A stretch of 64,000 nucleotides of DNA from Actinomycetes bacterium (GCA_024644345.1 JAHELE010000001.1:18659-82658), one strand, 5' to 3'. Positions 1 to 9,468 are shown, counted from the first letter of the stretch. A program made the numbers and translations. The notes: a model not told the origin generated them from the sequence alone.

Positions 1-694
1 ACTCGGCGACCGCGACATCGCCACGCACATCGTGCGCACCCAGATGCTCCGTGCCGGCTGGTCCCTCACCGACGTGACAGCCGCACTGTGCGACCGGTGG
101 CAGCCGGGGGTGCGACTCCTCCCCATGAGTGACGACCCGGTCGAGACGCACGTCGTCGTAGCCGGTGACGACGCGTCACGCGAGGCGGTGCATTTTCAGG
201 AGTGGTGGGTACGTGAGCAGGCGAGGCGTCCGGCTCTGGAGTTCGTCTTCCTCGGTGCCGCCGAGGCGAAGCCGACAGCCGCTGTCCTCGACGCCATACA
301 CGGTGCCGACGTGGTCCTCCTGCCTCCGTCGAACCCGGTCGTGAGCATCGGCGCGATTCTGCAGGTCGTCGGGGTCGGCGACGCACTGCGCGCGGCCACC
401 GCCCCCATCGTCGGGGTGTCGCCCATCATCGGCGGAAGGCCCGTGCGCGGCATGGCCGACGCATGCTTGTCGGCCATCGGTGTCGAGACGGCGGCGGCTG
501 CCGTGGCCGGACACTACGGCGCGCGCATCGCCGGTGGCCTGCTCGATGGTTGGCTGGTTGCGAACCAGGATGCCTCGACGGCCGGTCCACCCGGCGTCGT
601 GCAGCGCTCCCATCCCCTGTTGATGACGACACGGGGCGAAGCCGCCGGCCTCGCCGGTGCGGCGCTCGATCTCGCTCTCGAGCTGCGCCACTGA
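1..694 (+). CDS. cofD: 2-phospho-L-lactate transferase CofD/FbiA, 5' end outside the window
   Basis: The frame is open from nt 2 (LGDRDIATHIVRTQMLRAG...). The C-terminal two thirds look CofD-like (LLPPSNPVVSIGAIL, GVSPIIGG). fbiB lies directly downstream, as in F420 biosynthesis loci. Confidence 0.85.
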   Translation, partial: LGDRDIATHIVRTQMLRAGWSLTDVTAALCDRWQPGVRLLPMSDDPVETHVVVAGDDASREAVHFQEWWVREQARRPALEFVFLGAAEAKPTAAVLDAIHGADVVLLPPSNPVVSIGAILQVVGVGDALRAATAPIVGVSPIIGGRPVRGMADACLSAIGVETAAAAVAGHYGARIAGGLLDGWLVANQDASTAGPPGVVQRSHPLLMTTRGEAAGLAGAALDLALELRH

Positions 695-698
695 CGCC

Positions 699-1979
699 AT
701 GGCCGGCTTCCAGGTAGTCGTGCTCGAGGGCTTGCCGGAGATCGCTCCCGGCGACGACCTTGCTGCCGCCATCACGGCACGTGGCATCGACCTTCAGGAC
801 GGCGACATCGTCGTGGTGTCGAGCAAGGCCGTGAGCAAGGCCGAGGGCCGCGTCGTGCCAGGCGTTGACCGAGCGGACGCGGTGGCCAGCGAGACCGTCC
901 GCGTGGTGGCCGAGCGGGGCGACCTGAAGGTCGTGGAGACCCGCCATGGCCTGGTGCTCGCCGCCGCCGGTGTGGACACGAGCAACGTGGCACCTGGCTC
1001 ACTGGTCCTCCTGCCCGAGGACGCTGATGCGTCGGCCCGCTTGCTTCGCACCGCGCTCCAGGCCCCCATCGACGGCACGATCGCGGTCATCGTCACCGAC
1101 ACGGCCGGACGCCCATGGCGCCTGGGACAGACCGACATCGCGATCGGTGCAGCGGGCATCTCACCGTTGCTCGACCTCCGCGGTTCGCACGACGCCCACG
1201 GCAACGTCCTGGAGTCGACCGTCCCGGCAGTTGCTGACGAGCTCGCAGCAGCGGCCGAGCTGGTGATGGGCAAGGCAGCCGGCACGCCGGTCGCCGTGGT
1301 GCGGGGGCTCGGTCACCTGGTTCAGTCGTCCGACGGCCCCGGCGCCGCGGCGATCGTGCGACCCCGAGACGAGGATCTGTTTCCCTCTGGCTCCGTCGAC
1401 GTCGTGCGGTCCCGTCGGACTGTTCGCACCTTCACCCAGCAACCGGTTCCACGAGCAACCATCGAGGCAGCAGTTGCCGACGCGATCACCGCCCCAGCAC
1501 CGCATCACACCGCCCCTTGGCGATTCGTTCTGGTCGCCGACGATCGGCGTGTTGCCCTGCTGGATGCGATGGCCGAGCAGTGGCGCACCGACCTTCGTGC
1601 CGACGGGCTGGACGACGCCGACATCGACCGACGGGTGGCGCGCGGTGACATCGTGCGTGCTGCACCAACGGTGGTCGTGCCCTGCCTGGTCGACGAGGGT
1701 GCCTATGCCTATCCGGACGAACGTCGGTCATCGGCTGAGGAGGCCATGTTCGTCCTGGCCATGGGGGCGGGCATCGAGAACTTCCTGCTGGGGCTGTCGG
1801 TTCGCGGTGTGGGGTCGGCGTGGGTCTCGTCGACTCTCTTCTGTCCGGACGTGGCGCGTGCCACACTGCGATTGCCCACGGGCTGGCGTCCGATGGGGGC
1901 GGTCGCCCTAGGGTTCGCGGATGCGGCGCCGCCGCCGCGTCCGCCGAGAGATGTCGGCGAGTACCTCGTCGAACGCTAG
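699..1979 (+). CDS. fbiB: F420-0:gamma-glutamyl ligase fused to a nitroreductase-like domain (FbiB/CofE)
   Basis: The N-terminal CofE-like part (MAGFQVVVLEGLPEI...GDIVVVSSKAVSKAEGRVV) is followed by a C-terminal nitroreductase-fold domain (RRTVRTFTQQPVP...). The ATG at 699 lies just after the cofD stop. The ORF-track start at 657 would overlap cofD. Confidence 0.85.
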   Translation: MAGFQVVVLEGLPEIAPGDDLAAAITARGIDLQDGDIVVVSSKAVSKAEGRVVPGVDRADAVASETVRVVAERGDLKVVETRHGLVLAAAGVDTSNVAPGSLVLLPEDADASARLLRTALQAPIDGTIAVIVTDTAGRPWRLGQTDIAIGAAGISPLLDLRGSHDAHGNVLESTVPAVADELAAAAELVMGKAAGTPVAVVRGLGHLVQSSDGPGAAAIVRPRDEDLFPSGSVDVVRSRRTVRTFTQQPVPRATIEAAVADAITAPAPHHTAPWRFVLVADDRRVALLDAMAEQWRTDLRADGLDDADIDRRVARGDIVRAAPTVVVPCLVDEGAYAYPDERRSSAEEAMFVLAMGAGIENFLLGLSVRGVGSAWVSSTLFCPDVARATLRLPTGWRPMGAVALGFADAAPPPRPPRDVGEYLVER

Positions 1980-2085
1980 AACCTGAGTGGTGACGTCCAA
2001 GGGCGAGACGAGGTATTCGGCCTCTTGAGCACGCTCGCGCACATCACCGGGCCACCCCACTCGCCTCGACGTGAGGCCGCCGCCA

Positions 2086-3015
2086 TCACGACGAACGGTG
2101 GCGCGGCACCGCCATCCGCGGCCCGCGTCTCGGTGCAGACACCCCCGACATCTCAAGCAGGCGCTGCACCCGGTAGCGATGCCCGGCATAGGGCTGCAGC
2201 AGTTCACTCATGCGGTCATCGTCGCCGCGTTGGCCAGTGAGCCACCAGCAGAGATCTTTGGCCACGTGGAAGTCACCGAAGGACACCGCATCGGGGTCAC
2301 CGTGGGCTCGCTGACGTACCTCCGCCGACGTCCAGACTCCGACACCGGGGAGGGCGCGCAGGACTCGGTCGGCGTCTGAGCCGGTGAGCTCAGCCGTCCG
2401 ATCAATCGCAGCTGCGGCGGCGGCGACGGTGCGCAGCGTGCGGGCGCGGTGCGGTGTGAGCCCGGCCCGGTGGAAGTCGGCGTCGGTGATGTCGCGCCAG
2501 ACCTTCGGAGAGGGCACCACGTTCATCCCCTCTGGAGCCGGGCCCGGCGCCCGCTCACCAAAGCGGCCGACCAGAACCTGCCAAGCACGCCACGCCTCAC
2601 GCCCGGTCACCTTCTGCTCGAACACGGCCGTCAGGCACGCCTCCAACGGACGCCGGGTGCGCATGATCCGCCAACCGCCTGCCCTGCGCCAGGCCTCAGC
2701 CACCTGTGGGTGAGCCGGCTCGAACCCCGCCGGGTCGTCGTCGGCCCCCAGAAGTGACGGGATGCCGTCACACAGCCAGCGCGCACCAGGGCCCCAGCCG
2801 GTCCCCTGAACCTGCCCATCGGCGGCCCGCACCTCCAGTCGAAGCGTGCCCGGTCCTTCCGGGGTGGACACCGCCCACCAGGCAGTGCGTCCCCCGCCGG
2901 CAGGATGCGGCCCGAAGCGAAACGACCGATGACGCGGACCGCGGCTCAGCGGGCCGAGGACGGCCACCAGGTCGACCGGGTAGCTAGGCGCCCACGTGCG
3001 CTCGACCACGAGCAC
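2086..3015 (-). CDS. HhH-GPD DNA glycosylase, AlkA-like 3-methyladenine DNA glycosylase II
   Basis: HhH-GPD motif with a catalytic Asp is present (LPGVGVWTSAEVRQRAHGDPDAVSFGDFHVAKDL). Its GTG start abuts the manC stop (TGAGTG). Confidence 0.6.
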   Translation of the reverse strand: MLVVERTWAPSYPVDLVAVLGPLSRGPRHRSFRFGPHPAGGGRTAWWAVSTPEGPGTLRLEVRAADGQVQGTGWGPGARWLCDGIPSLLGADDDPAGFEPAHPQVAEAWRRAGGWRIMRTRRPLEACLTAVFEQKVTGREAWRAWQVLVGRFGERAPGPAPEGMNVVPSPKVWRDITDADFHRAGLTPHRARTLRTVAAAAAAIDRTAELTGSDADRVLRALPGVGVWTSAEVRQRAHGDPDAVSFGDFHVAKDLCWWLTGQRGDDDRMSELLQPYAGHRYRVQRLLEMSGVSAPRRGPRMAVPRHRSS

Positions 3016-4050
3016 TCAGGTCGTCAACCCCAGTCGCGATCCACCTGGCAGGTGCGTCCCCGGACTCACCGTCGTCGAGTCGCCGAGCACCGAGTCGACC
3101 ACCACCGCGCCTGCACCAACCGAGGCGTTCGCTCCGATCACGCTGCGAGTGACGGTCGCACCCGCACCGACTGTGGCTCCCGACATCACGATCGACGCAT
3201 CAACAACTGCCCCTGGGCCTAGCACGGCGCCGGACGCGACGGCCGACCCACCGAAGACCTCGACGTCGTCAGACGCCATCTCAGGGTGGCCGAACCAGGC
3301 CGGTCCGCCCGCCTGCAGATAGGCAGCCGACGGCGCAACACCGAGCACAACGTCGGCCGAACATCGCACCAGTGCCTCGGGCGTTCCGACATCGCACCAG
3401 TAGGCCGTCTCTTTCCACGCCCGCACGTCTCGTCCGGCCGCCAGCAGTCCCGGAAAGGTCTCCCGTTCCACCGACACCACCTCGCCGGCCGGGATGGCAT
3501 CGATCACCGATCGCCGGAACACGTAGGCCCCCGCATTCACCCACGACGTCACGGGGTGGTCCATCTTCTCCAGGAACGCCGTGACGCGGCCCTCCGCGTC
3601 AGTAGGTACGCAGCCATACGCCCGGGCATCGGCAACCTCCACCAGGTGCAGGGTGACGTCGGCATCCACCTCTTGGTGGAACGCAATCTGACCCCCGAGG
3701 TCGTGACCGGAGAGGACGTCGCCGTTGAGGATCACCACCGGATCGTCCGATCCGGATGTCAGGCCCCGAGCCGCGTTCCGGATCGCCCCGCCCGTACCAA
3801 GGGGGTGATCCTCATGCACGTACGTCAGCTGCAGCCCGACAGGCGACCCGTCACCGAAGGTCTCGGTGAAGATCTCTGAGCGGTACGACGTCGCCAGCAC
3901 CACGTGTTCGACACCAGCGTGACGCAGAGCGGCCAGCTGGTGGGCCAAGAAGGGCACCCCTGCGACCGGAAGCAGCGGTTTGGGCGTCGTCAGGGTCAGC
4001 GGACGCAGTCGGGTGCCTTGGCCGCCAACCAGCAGTACCGCTTCGCGCAT
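3016..4050 (-). CDS. manC: mannose-1-phosphate guanylyltransferase (GDP-mannose pyrophosphorylase)
   Basis: N-terminal nucleotidyltransferase motif (LVGGQGTRLRPLTLTTPKPLLPV) and a C-terminal left-handed beta-helix hexapeptide repeat region. Position matches Mtb Rv3264c. Confidence 0.8.
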   Translation of the reverse strand: MREAVLLVGGQGTRLRPLTLTTPKPLLPVAGVPFLAHQLAALRHAGVEHVVLATSYRSEIFTETFGDGSPVGLQLTYVHEDHPLGTGGAIRNAARGLTSGSDDPVVILNGDVLSGHDLGGQIAFHQEVDADVTLHLVEVADARAYGCVPTDAEGRVTAFLEKMDHPVTSWVNAGAYVFRRSVIDAIPAGEVVSVERETFPGLLAAGRDVRAWKETAYWCDVGTPEALVRCSADVVLGVAPSAAYLQAGGPAWFGHPEMASDDVEVFGGSAVASGAVLGPGAVVDASIVMSGATVGAGATVTRSVIGANASVGAGAVVVDSVLGDSTTVSPGTHLPGGSRLGLTT

Positions 4051-4083
4051 GGCGTCAGCCTAGGGGCGCCACTACCCGGTCGC

Positions 4084-5181
4084 TCAGGAGTACCAGCCGA
4101 CGACCCGGAACGAGACGGCGGCAGCGCTTCCCTTCGCAGTCACCGTGATCTTGCCGTCCGCACCGACCGGCACCACCACCAACGTGCGGTGGGTGCCCTT
4201 CTTGTCGAACGCGAGCAACGGTCGAGGGGTCTTGGCGGACCCGGCCGGAAGCACCGTCAGGTATCCGCTCGCACCGTCGCCCCGGGCAATCGCCTGGACG
4301 ATCACCGACGAGGCAGCTCCGGGAACCTCGGTGTTCTTGCCGCGCACCCGAACCGTGCGCGACTCACCGGCCGACAGCGTGCCGGACGAGCCTGACTCCA
4401 GGGCGGTGAAGCCCTTGATGCTGCGGTATCGACCGGATCGGTCCCCACGCTGCGACCGGAACCAGCCGAGCACGTCAACCTGGACCTGCGCCTTCCCCTT
4501 GCTGAGTCGAAGGGGCAGTCGGCCATCGGCGTCCAGACGAGCCACCGTCGTTCCTGTGCGCCACGCACCCGCGGGCGCTCGCACCGTCAGCCCGAGTGTT
4601 CTCGGCGTGCCCCGTGGTGCGACGCTCAGGGAAGCAGTCTCAGTCGGTTTCACCAGACCGATGCTCACCACCACCGTGCGCGCGTTGTTGGGGACGCCCT
4701 CACGTCCGGCTATCCGGACGTTGCGTGTCTCGCCGGCCTGCAGTCGACCTTTGCTCCATCCGAAGCCGGTCGCGCTGTTGACCAGGCGACGGGCAGCAAC
4801 CGAACGGAGCACTTTGGTCCCCACCCCCGACGATGTGTAGTAGCCGACCAGGTCGACGTCGAGACCCGCCAGTTTCGTGGTGGCACCCAAACAGATCTTG
4901 CCGTTGGACCCAGCTCGGACGGTCGCCAGTCCGGCGTCAGCTCCCCCTGCCGAGTACGTGGCGACGACCTGTTCACGATCGGGTGCACCGCACGGCCACA
5001 CCTTGACGCGTCCGCCGTCGCGGGCGCTCGCGGCGGTGACCCGGACCGCGACCGCTCGCGTTCCTTGCTCTGGCGCACGCTTCGACCCGACGACCGACAC
5101 CGCCACCTGCCCACCGCGGGTGTCAGAAGCCGTCTCTCCTCTGTCGACGATGCGCCTGGCACTGAGCGACCGGAAGTACGA
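4084..5181 (-). repeat. three tandem ~110-aa C-terminal repeat modules inside the SpoIID-like CDS, same family as the amidase repeats
   Basis: Three protein-level units each carry R(R/S)(I/L)V(D/N)...G(V/E)P..A..V...(Y/W)P.G...V(D/V)(L/V)(V/L)G(Y/W)(Y/F). The same module occurs at 6829-7896. Confidence 0.5.
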
Positions 5182-6768
5182 GTACGAAGAGATCGGGACG
5201 AAGGCAGGGGTCGCTGTCGCCGGTCCTCGACCCGAGCGATAGACCGGGGCCACCCGCGCCCGGTACTCCTTCCCGTTTGTCAGCCCCTTGACCCGGACCT
5301 TCCGCGCAGTGGAGCCCACTCGGTAGGTCTGGTCGGTGGACGAGACGGTGATGCGGTACGCCTTCACGCGTCGGTCGGTGTTCGGCGCTCCCCACCGCAC
5401 CAACCCCGAACGGTCACCGCGCTCCACACGGACGTTTCTTGCCGGAGCCGTGATGCCACCGTCGACGTTGGTCACCGTCCACCAGGTGCTCTTCAGGCCC
5501 GCGGCCCAGCGGAAGCTGTCGGCGGACACAGTCACGGTGCTCTTGCTGCCCACGAGGCCGACGGAGAGAACCCGGCCACCCCACGGACCATTGCCGTCGC
5601 GACCCAGGACCTTGAGTTTCTTCACAGTGCCGATCTGCGGCCAGGCGCTCTCGATCCTGGTGGAGCTGACCGAGGTCGACCAGCTGTGCCCCCAGTTCGC
5701 CGCCCCGGTCACGACACCGTCGTACGGGTCCGGCTGAGCCACGAGGTAGGGGCGGCTTCCTGCAACCGAGTACCCACCGTTCGCCGAGCTGAACATGGCG
5801 AACACCGGCTGGCCGGCATGGCGGAGGTACTGATGGGCGGTGGCCCTGACGGCGGCCACCTCCACATTGCTCTCGCTGGATATCGGCCCGTACACCTGGC
5901 AGGACGTGGTGTCACAGATGTCATAGGCGCGGTGCGCCGCTCGCGCGTTCACCTGTGCGAGGAGTGCGTAGCTGCGGGCCGCCACGGCCTGCGCTCTCAG
6001 GGCTGCGTCGGTCCACGAGCTCGGCACCTCCGACGACACGACCGAGCGCAGGTAGTCCTCGAGAAGCAGCGAGTTGACCGCCAGCACCGACGAGGAGCTG
6101 GGCTTGACGTCGAGAAAACCGTGGTAGGTCCGCTTGGCTCCGGTCGACGTCTGGACGCCGATCCGGCTCTTGCCGACCGCGGAGCCGGTTCGCCACCGGA
6201 TCGACCCACTGAGGCCGCCGACCACCTTGACCGCCTTGACTGACGAGACCGCCCATACCGCGAGCCCACCGCTGCCCTTGACGGAGCGGAACGTCGAGAC
6301 CGGCTCGCCACCCGCCTTCGACGGAAGGGAGACGGAGTTGCCACGGTGACTGAGCGACAGACCCGACTTGGCGGGGACGACGACACCGGTGCCCTGCGGA
6401 GTGCTCCGCACGATGCCGGAGAGACCGACCTTGATCTGTCGGTCGGCGCCCACCTCAGCCAGGCGCGTGCCGGGGTAGTAGAACTTCACGATCTGGCGGT
6501 AGCTCTTGCCGAGTCGACCCATCCCCTCGGCACCGAACTGCGACATCCCGATGCCGTGTCCGTAGCCCAGCCCGGACAGCTGGAACACGCCGCTGGAGGG
6601 TCGTGCGTAGGCCTCGCCGGACGACCCGGCTCGGGCCGGTGCGGAGATGAGAGAGAGCAGACCCCCCACAAGCCCGGCAACCGCTGCAGCCGCCAGCACC
6701 CTTCGGAGGTGTCGCTGGCTGAGTCGGTCGGTGGGTCCGTGATTCACCACACCCGTCACACCAGTCAC
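4084..6768 (-). CDS. secreted SpoIID/LytB-domain protein with FN3 domain and three C-terminal ~110-aa repeats
   Basis: Signal peptide (RRVLAAAAVAGLVGGLLSLISAPARA). SpoIID hallmarks are present: GYGHGIGMSQFGA...IVKFYYPG, ALRAQAVAARSYAL, FAMFSSANGGYS, DSFRWAAG. Then an FN3-like segment (RNVRVERGDRSGLVRWGAPNTDRRVKAYRITVSS), then three repeats ending ...VDLVGYY / ...VDVLGWF / ...FRVVGWYS. Confidence 0.75.
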   Translation of the reverse strand: MTGVTGVVNHGPTDRLSQRHLRRVLAAAAVAGLVGGLLSLISAPARAGSSGEAYARPSSGVFQLSGLGYGHGIGMSQFGAEGMGRLGKSYRQIVKFYYPGTRLAEVGADRQIKVGLSGIVRSTPQGTGVVVPAKSGLSLSHRGNSVSLPSKAGGEPVSTFRSVKGSGGLAVWAVSSVKAVKVVGGLSGSIRWRTGSAVGKSRIGVQTSTGAKRTYHGFLDVKPSSSSVLAVNSLLLEDYLRSVVSSEVPSSWTDAALRAQAVAARSYALLAQVNARAAHRAYDICDTTSCQVYGPISSESNVEVAAVRATAHQYLRHAGQPVFAMFSSANGGYSVAGSRPYLVAQPDPYDGVVTGAANWGHSWSTSVSSTRIESAWPQIGTVKKLKVLGRDGNGPWGGRVLSVGLVGSKSTVTVSADSFRWAAGLKSTWWTVTNVDGGITAPARNVRVERGDRSGLVRWGAPNTDRRVKAYRITVSSTDQTYRVGSTARKVRVKGLTNGKEYRARVAPVYRSGRGPATATPAFVPISSYSYFRSLSARRIVDRGETASDTRGGQVAVSVVGSKRAPEQGTRAVAVRVTAASARDGGRVKVWPCGAPDREQVVATYSAGGADAGLATVRAGSNGKICLGATTKLAGLDVDLVGYYTSSGVGTKVLRSVAARRLVNSATGFGWSKGRLQAGETRNVRIAGREGVPNNARTVVVSIGLVKPTETASLSVAPRGTPRTLGLTVRAPAGAWRTGTTVARLDADGRLPLRLSKGKAQVQVDVLGWFRSQRGDRSGRYRSIKGFTALESGSSGTLSAGESRTVRVRGKNTEVPGAASSVIVQAIARGDGASGYLTVLPAGSAKTPRPLLAFDKKGTHRTLVVVPVGADGKITVTAKGSAAAVSFRVVGWYS

Positions 6769-6828
6769 AGAGTGCTCTCTCGGCAGAAGGCCGAGAAAAC
6801 CTAAGCAACTAGCGGCTGACCTGCGGTT

Positions 6829-7896
6829 TTACCGAATCCAGCCCACCACGACGACGTTGGGACGAACCGTCGCGTCGCGCGCGCGCAGACGGAGGTCGCC
6901 GCCTTTGCCGATCCGCACGACGGCAACAGTCTCCCGGGACGTGCGGGACGGGACGACCAGATCTGCCGACCCAGGCTCAGACGCCCCCCGCGGCCACATC
7001 ATGAGTCGACTCTGCTTCTTGCCTGCGCTCCCAGTGAGCTGGACGAGAACGGCGCGGGCATCGCTCGGGACACCGGCGCGTCCGCGGACGCTGACAGTCC
7101 TGGCGTCGCCTTTGCCGAGGGTCGCCCCCTTCTTGAGCAACGCGCGCGGAGCGACCGGGTGAACCGAGCCCGGTCCACCGGCCGTCACGTACCCGGCGAC
7201 GTCGAACGCCACCGAGCCGGCTCGATCCGCCGCCACCCGGATGCCGCCGCCGGCACCTAGCGGCACAACCACCTGAGAGACGCTGCCGCTTCCGCGGGGA
7301 CGTCGCCAGCTCGGGACCGCCGGCTTCTCGGCTCCACCCGGCCATGCCCATACCGCACCCACTGACGACTTCGCCGTGCGTCGAATCGCGAGCACAACGG
7401 CCTTGGCGTCGTCAGGCACGCCGGCACGCCCCGCCACATCGACCCCCACTGGTGTCGGGCCGACCGACAGCGGGCTGGCCACCCCCAACGCAGTGCGGCG
7501 CACCGGTGTGAGCTCACCCCCGGCACCATCGGTGGTGATGTAGCCGGCTACCGAGGCCTTCAGCGCAACCGCCCCTGCGGAGTTCCGGAAGCGAACCCCG
7601 CCACCGGGGCCCACCCGGACGACCACAAAGGCACGGGCCGTGCCGCTCTGCTTCAGCGAGACGGCTTGCGCGCCGGCGCCGGTGACCCGGTCGGGGCTGA
7701 CGGTGATCCGCGTCCCCGCGCTGGCACACACCGCTTCCACCGACAACGCGACCGCGGTGACGCCGCTCTGCGGCACACCCGCTCGACCCAGCACCTGGAC
7801 GTCCAGACGTCGGCCTGGCCCCAGCAGGAGACGACCCTTGATGCCCTTGCCGGACGCCGTCGACAGCAGGGTGCGGGCACGCTGGGGCACGTAGGT
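6829..7896 (-). repeat. three tandem ~110-aa C-terminal repeat modules inside the amidase CDS
   Basis: Units contain ...GRAGVP(Q/D/S)(S/D)A(K/R)AV(A/V)L...(W/V)(P/R)..G.....V(A/V)(G/V)(Y/W)(I/V). Confidence 0.5.
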
Positions 7897-9468
7897 CCCG
7901 GCCGGTGCCTTGTTCAGAGACGCCGTGGTCGAGGTCGACGACCGCCCGCCGACTCCCACGAGGACCGATCGCTCGAACGGCCAGGCACTGCTTCCGTTCC
8001 CCGAGCTGGTCAACGTCATGCGATACCGACCGGGCGAGGCGAGTTGGCCTTTCTCGTCGCGTCCGCGCCACACCGCCCGGATTGGATCACCGGGTGCCGC
8101 CGTGCCGGTGAGGCGCCGAACCAGGTCGCCGCTGCAGAAGTCGCGCACCGTCAGCGCCCAGTTCTGCTGTTGAGTGACCCGGGCCTCGGCGGCAATCGCG
8201 ACATCAGACCCCGCCGGCACACTGCGGGTCGACAGGGTCGGCTCGATCAGACTTGATCCCATGTAGCCCTTGGCGAGCCGTCGGATCTTGGGCAGTCGCT
8301 GGTAGAGGTTGTCCCCTGGGCAGGCAGTCAGCTGCGAGTCCCGATGCCCCGAGATCACCTTGAACCTGACCTTGCGGCCCGGGGAGTACTTCGACGAGCC
8401 CACCTCCGCCGTCAGCACCTTCTTGCCGAACGGGTCACGGTGATAGCGCGACAACCGGTACGCGAGAACCTTGGCGATTCCGCGCACCATGGCGTCCGAT
8501 GCGGGAGCCGTCTGGAAGTTCCCCATCGCCACCACTGCGAGTGTGTCGGTGTTGAACCCACCCGATGCCGCTGACCGCACCGGCTTGGTGATGCTGCCCG
8601 CTCGACCCTCGTAGATGGTCCCGTACTTGTCGACCAGGAAGTTGTAGCCCATGTCGGCGTACTTCAGCGTGTTCACGTAGTAGCTGTAGAGCCCGCGCAC
8701 GACGGCTGGACTCTCGCTACGCGAGTAGTTGTTGCTGCCAGCGGTGTGGTGGACGAAGGCCACCTTGAAGGTGTCGCTGTTCTCCAGATTCTTGTCACGC
8801 AGTGACTCGTCGGCGCCCCACTCGGCCCGTGTGACGATGGGCGGTCGCTCGGTGGCGGCGGTAGCTGTTGAGCCACTCCATCCGCCGGTCACCGCCGCGT
8901 CGGCGTCCGAGGTACCCGGCTCGATCAGGTCGACCCGGACGTCGGATGGTTGGGCGTCGCCCACCGCGTCGACACGGACCTGCACAGCATCGGAGTCACC
9001 AGCCCAGTAGGGAACAGTGCCGAAGCGCCCGTTGGGTGAGGGCTCAGTGCCACTGTCAACGCTCGTTGGCACCTCGAACCAGTCGGTCCACGTACCGTCG
9101 GTGCGCGTCCGGGCAGTGACCAGGACCGTTCCGTCGCCGCTCGGGGCGGCGCCCTTCCACGTGACACCCAGCATCCGGAAGGCGTCGGTCTCCAGGGGCT
9201 CCGACACCACGACGGGGGGTCGAGCAGCGGCCTTGGCTGCCGACGACCGGCTGGTGATCTTGCGCCAAATCGGCTCCAACGTGTCGGGGACTGGCGCAGC
9301 GGCCAGTGCCGCGCGATCAACTCCGACTAGCGGCACGGACTGCACCGCGGCGGCGACCGGGTGCGGGGCCGCGAGCGACACGGTGAATGCCGGTGCCACG
9401 ACAACGGTGGGGATGACAAGAACGGCGGCGAACAACGCACCAGACGGTGCCGGACGGGGGAAACGCAC
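6829..9468 (-). CDS. N-acetylmuramoyl-L-alanine amidase (PGRP/Amidase_2 domain) with three C-terminal ~110-aa repeats
   Basis: Amidase_2/PGRP zinc-site motifs are present (TRAEWGADESLR...FVHHTAGSNNY...VISGHRDSQLTACPGDNLY). Signal/TM segment (ALFAAVLVIPTVVVAPAFTVSLAA). The GTG start at 9468 is preceded by GGAGAGG. The ORF-track start at 9528 is an alternative. C-terminal repeats end ...AGYITTDG / ...AGYVTAGG / ...VVVGWIR. Confidence 0.8.
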   Translation of the reverse strand: MRFPRPAPSGALFAAVLVIPTVVVAPAFTVSLAAPHPVAAAVQSVPLVGVDRAALAAAPVPDTLEPIWRKITSRSSAAKAAARPPVVVSEPLETDAFRMLGVTWKGAAPSGDGTVLVTARTRTDGTWTDWFEVPTSVDSGTEPSPNGRFGTVPYWAGDSDAVQVRVDAVGDAQPSDVRVDLIEPGTSDADAAVTGGWSGSTATAATERPPIVTRAEWGADESLRDKNLENSDTFKVAFVHHTAGSNNYSRSESPAVVRGLYSYYVNTLKYADMGYNFLVDKYGTIYEGRAGSITKPVRSAASGGFNTDTLAVVAMGNFQTAPASDAMVRGIAKVLAYRLSRYHRDPFGKKVLTAEVGSSKYSPGRKVRFKVISGHRDSQLTACPGDNLYQRLPKIRRLAKGYMGSSLIEPTLSTRSVPAGSDVAIAAEARVTQQQNWALTVRDFCSGDLVRRLTGTAAPGDPIRAVWRGRDEKGQLASPGRYRMTLTSSGNGSSAWPFERSVLVGVGGRSSTSTTASLNKAPAGTYVPQRARTLLSTASGKGIKGRLLLGPGRRLDVQVLGRAGVPQSGVTAVALSVEAVCASAGTRITVSPDRVTGAGAQAVSLKQSGTARAFVVVRVGPGGGVRFRNSAGAVALKASVAGYITTDGAGGELTPVRRTALGVASPLSVGPTPVGVDVAGRAGVPDDAKAVVLAIRRTAKSSVGAVWAWPGGAEKPAVPSWRRPRGSGSVSQVVVPLGAGGGIRVAADRAGSVAFDVAGYVTAGGPGSVHPVAPRALLKKGATLGKGDARTVSVRGRAGVPSDARAVLVQLTGSAGKKQSRLMMWPRGASEPGSADLVVPSRTSRETVAVVRIGKGGDLRLRARDATVRPNVVVVGWIR

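Noticed and set aside
6788-6806. Inverted repeat TCTCGGC-AGAAG-GCCGAGA between the amidase and SpoIID-like genes.
   Set aside because: On the transcribed (minus) strand the T-run precedes rather than follows the stem, so it is not a convincing intrinsic terminator. It may just be an RNA structure in the 60-nt spacer.
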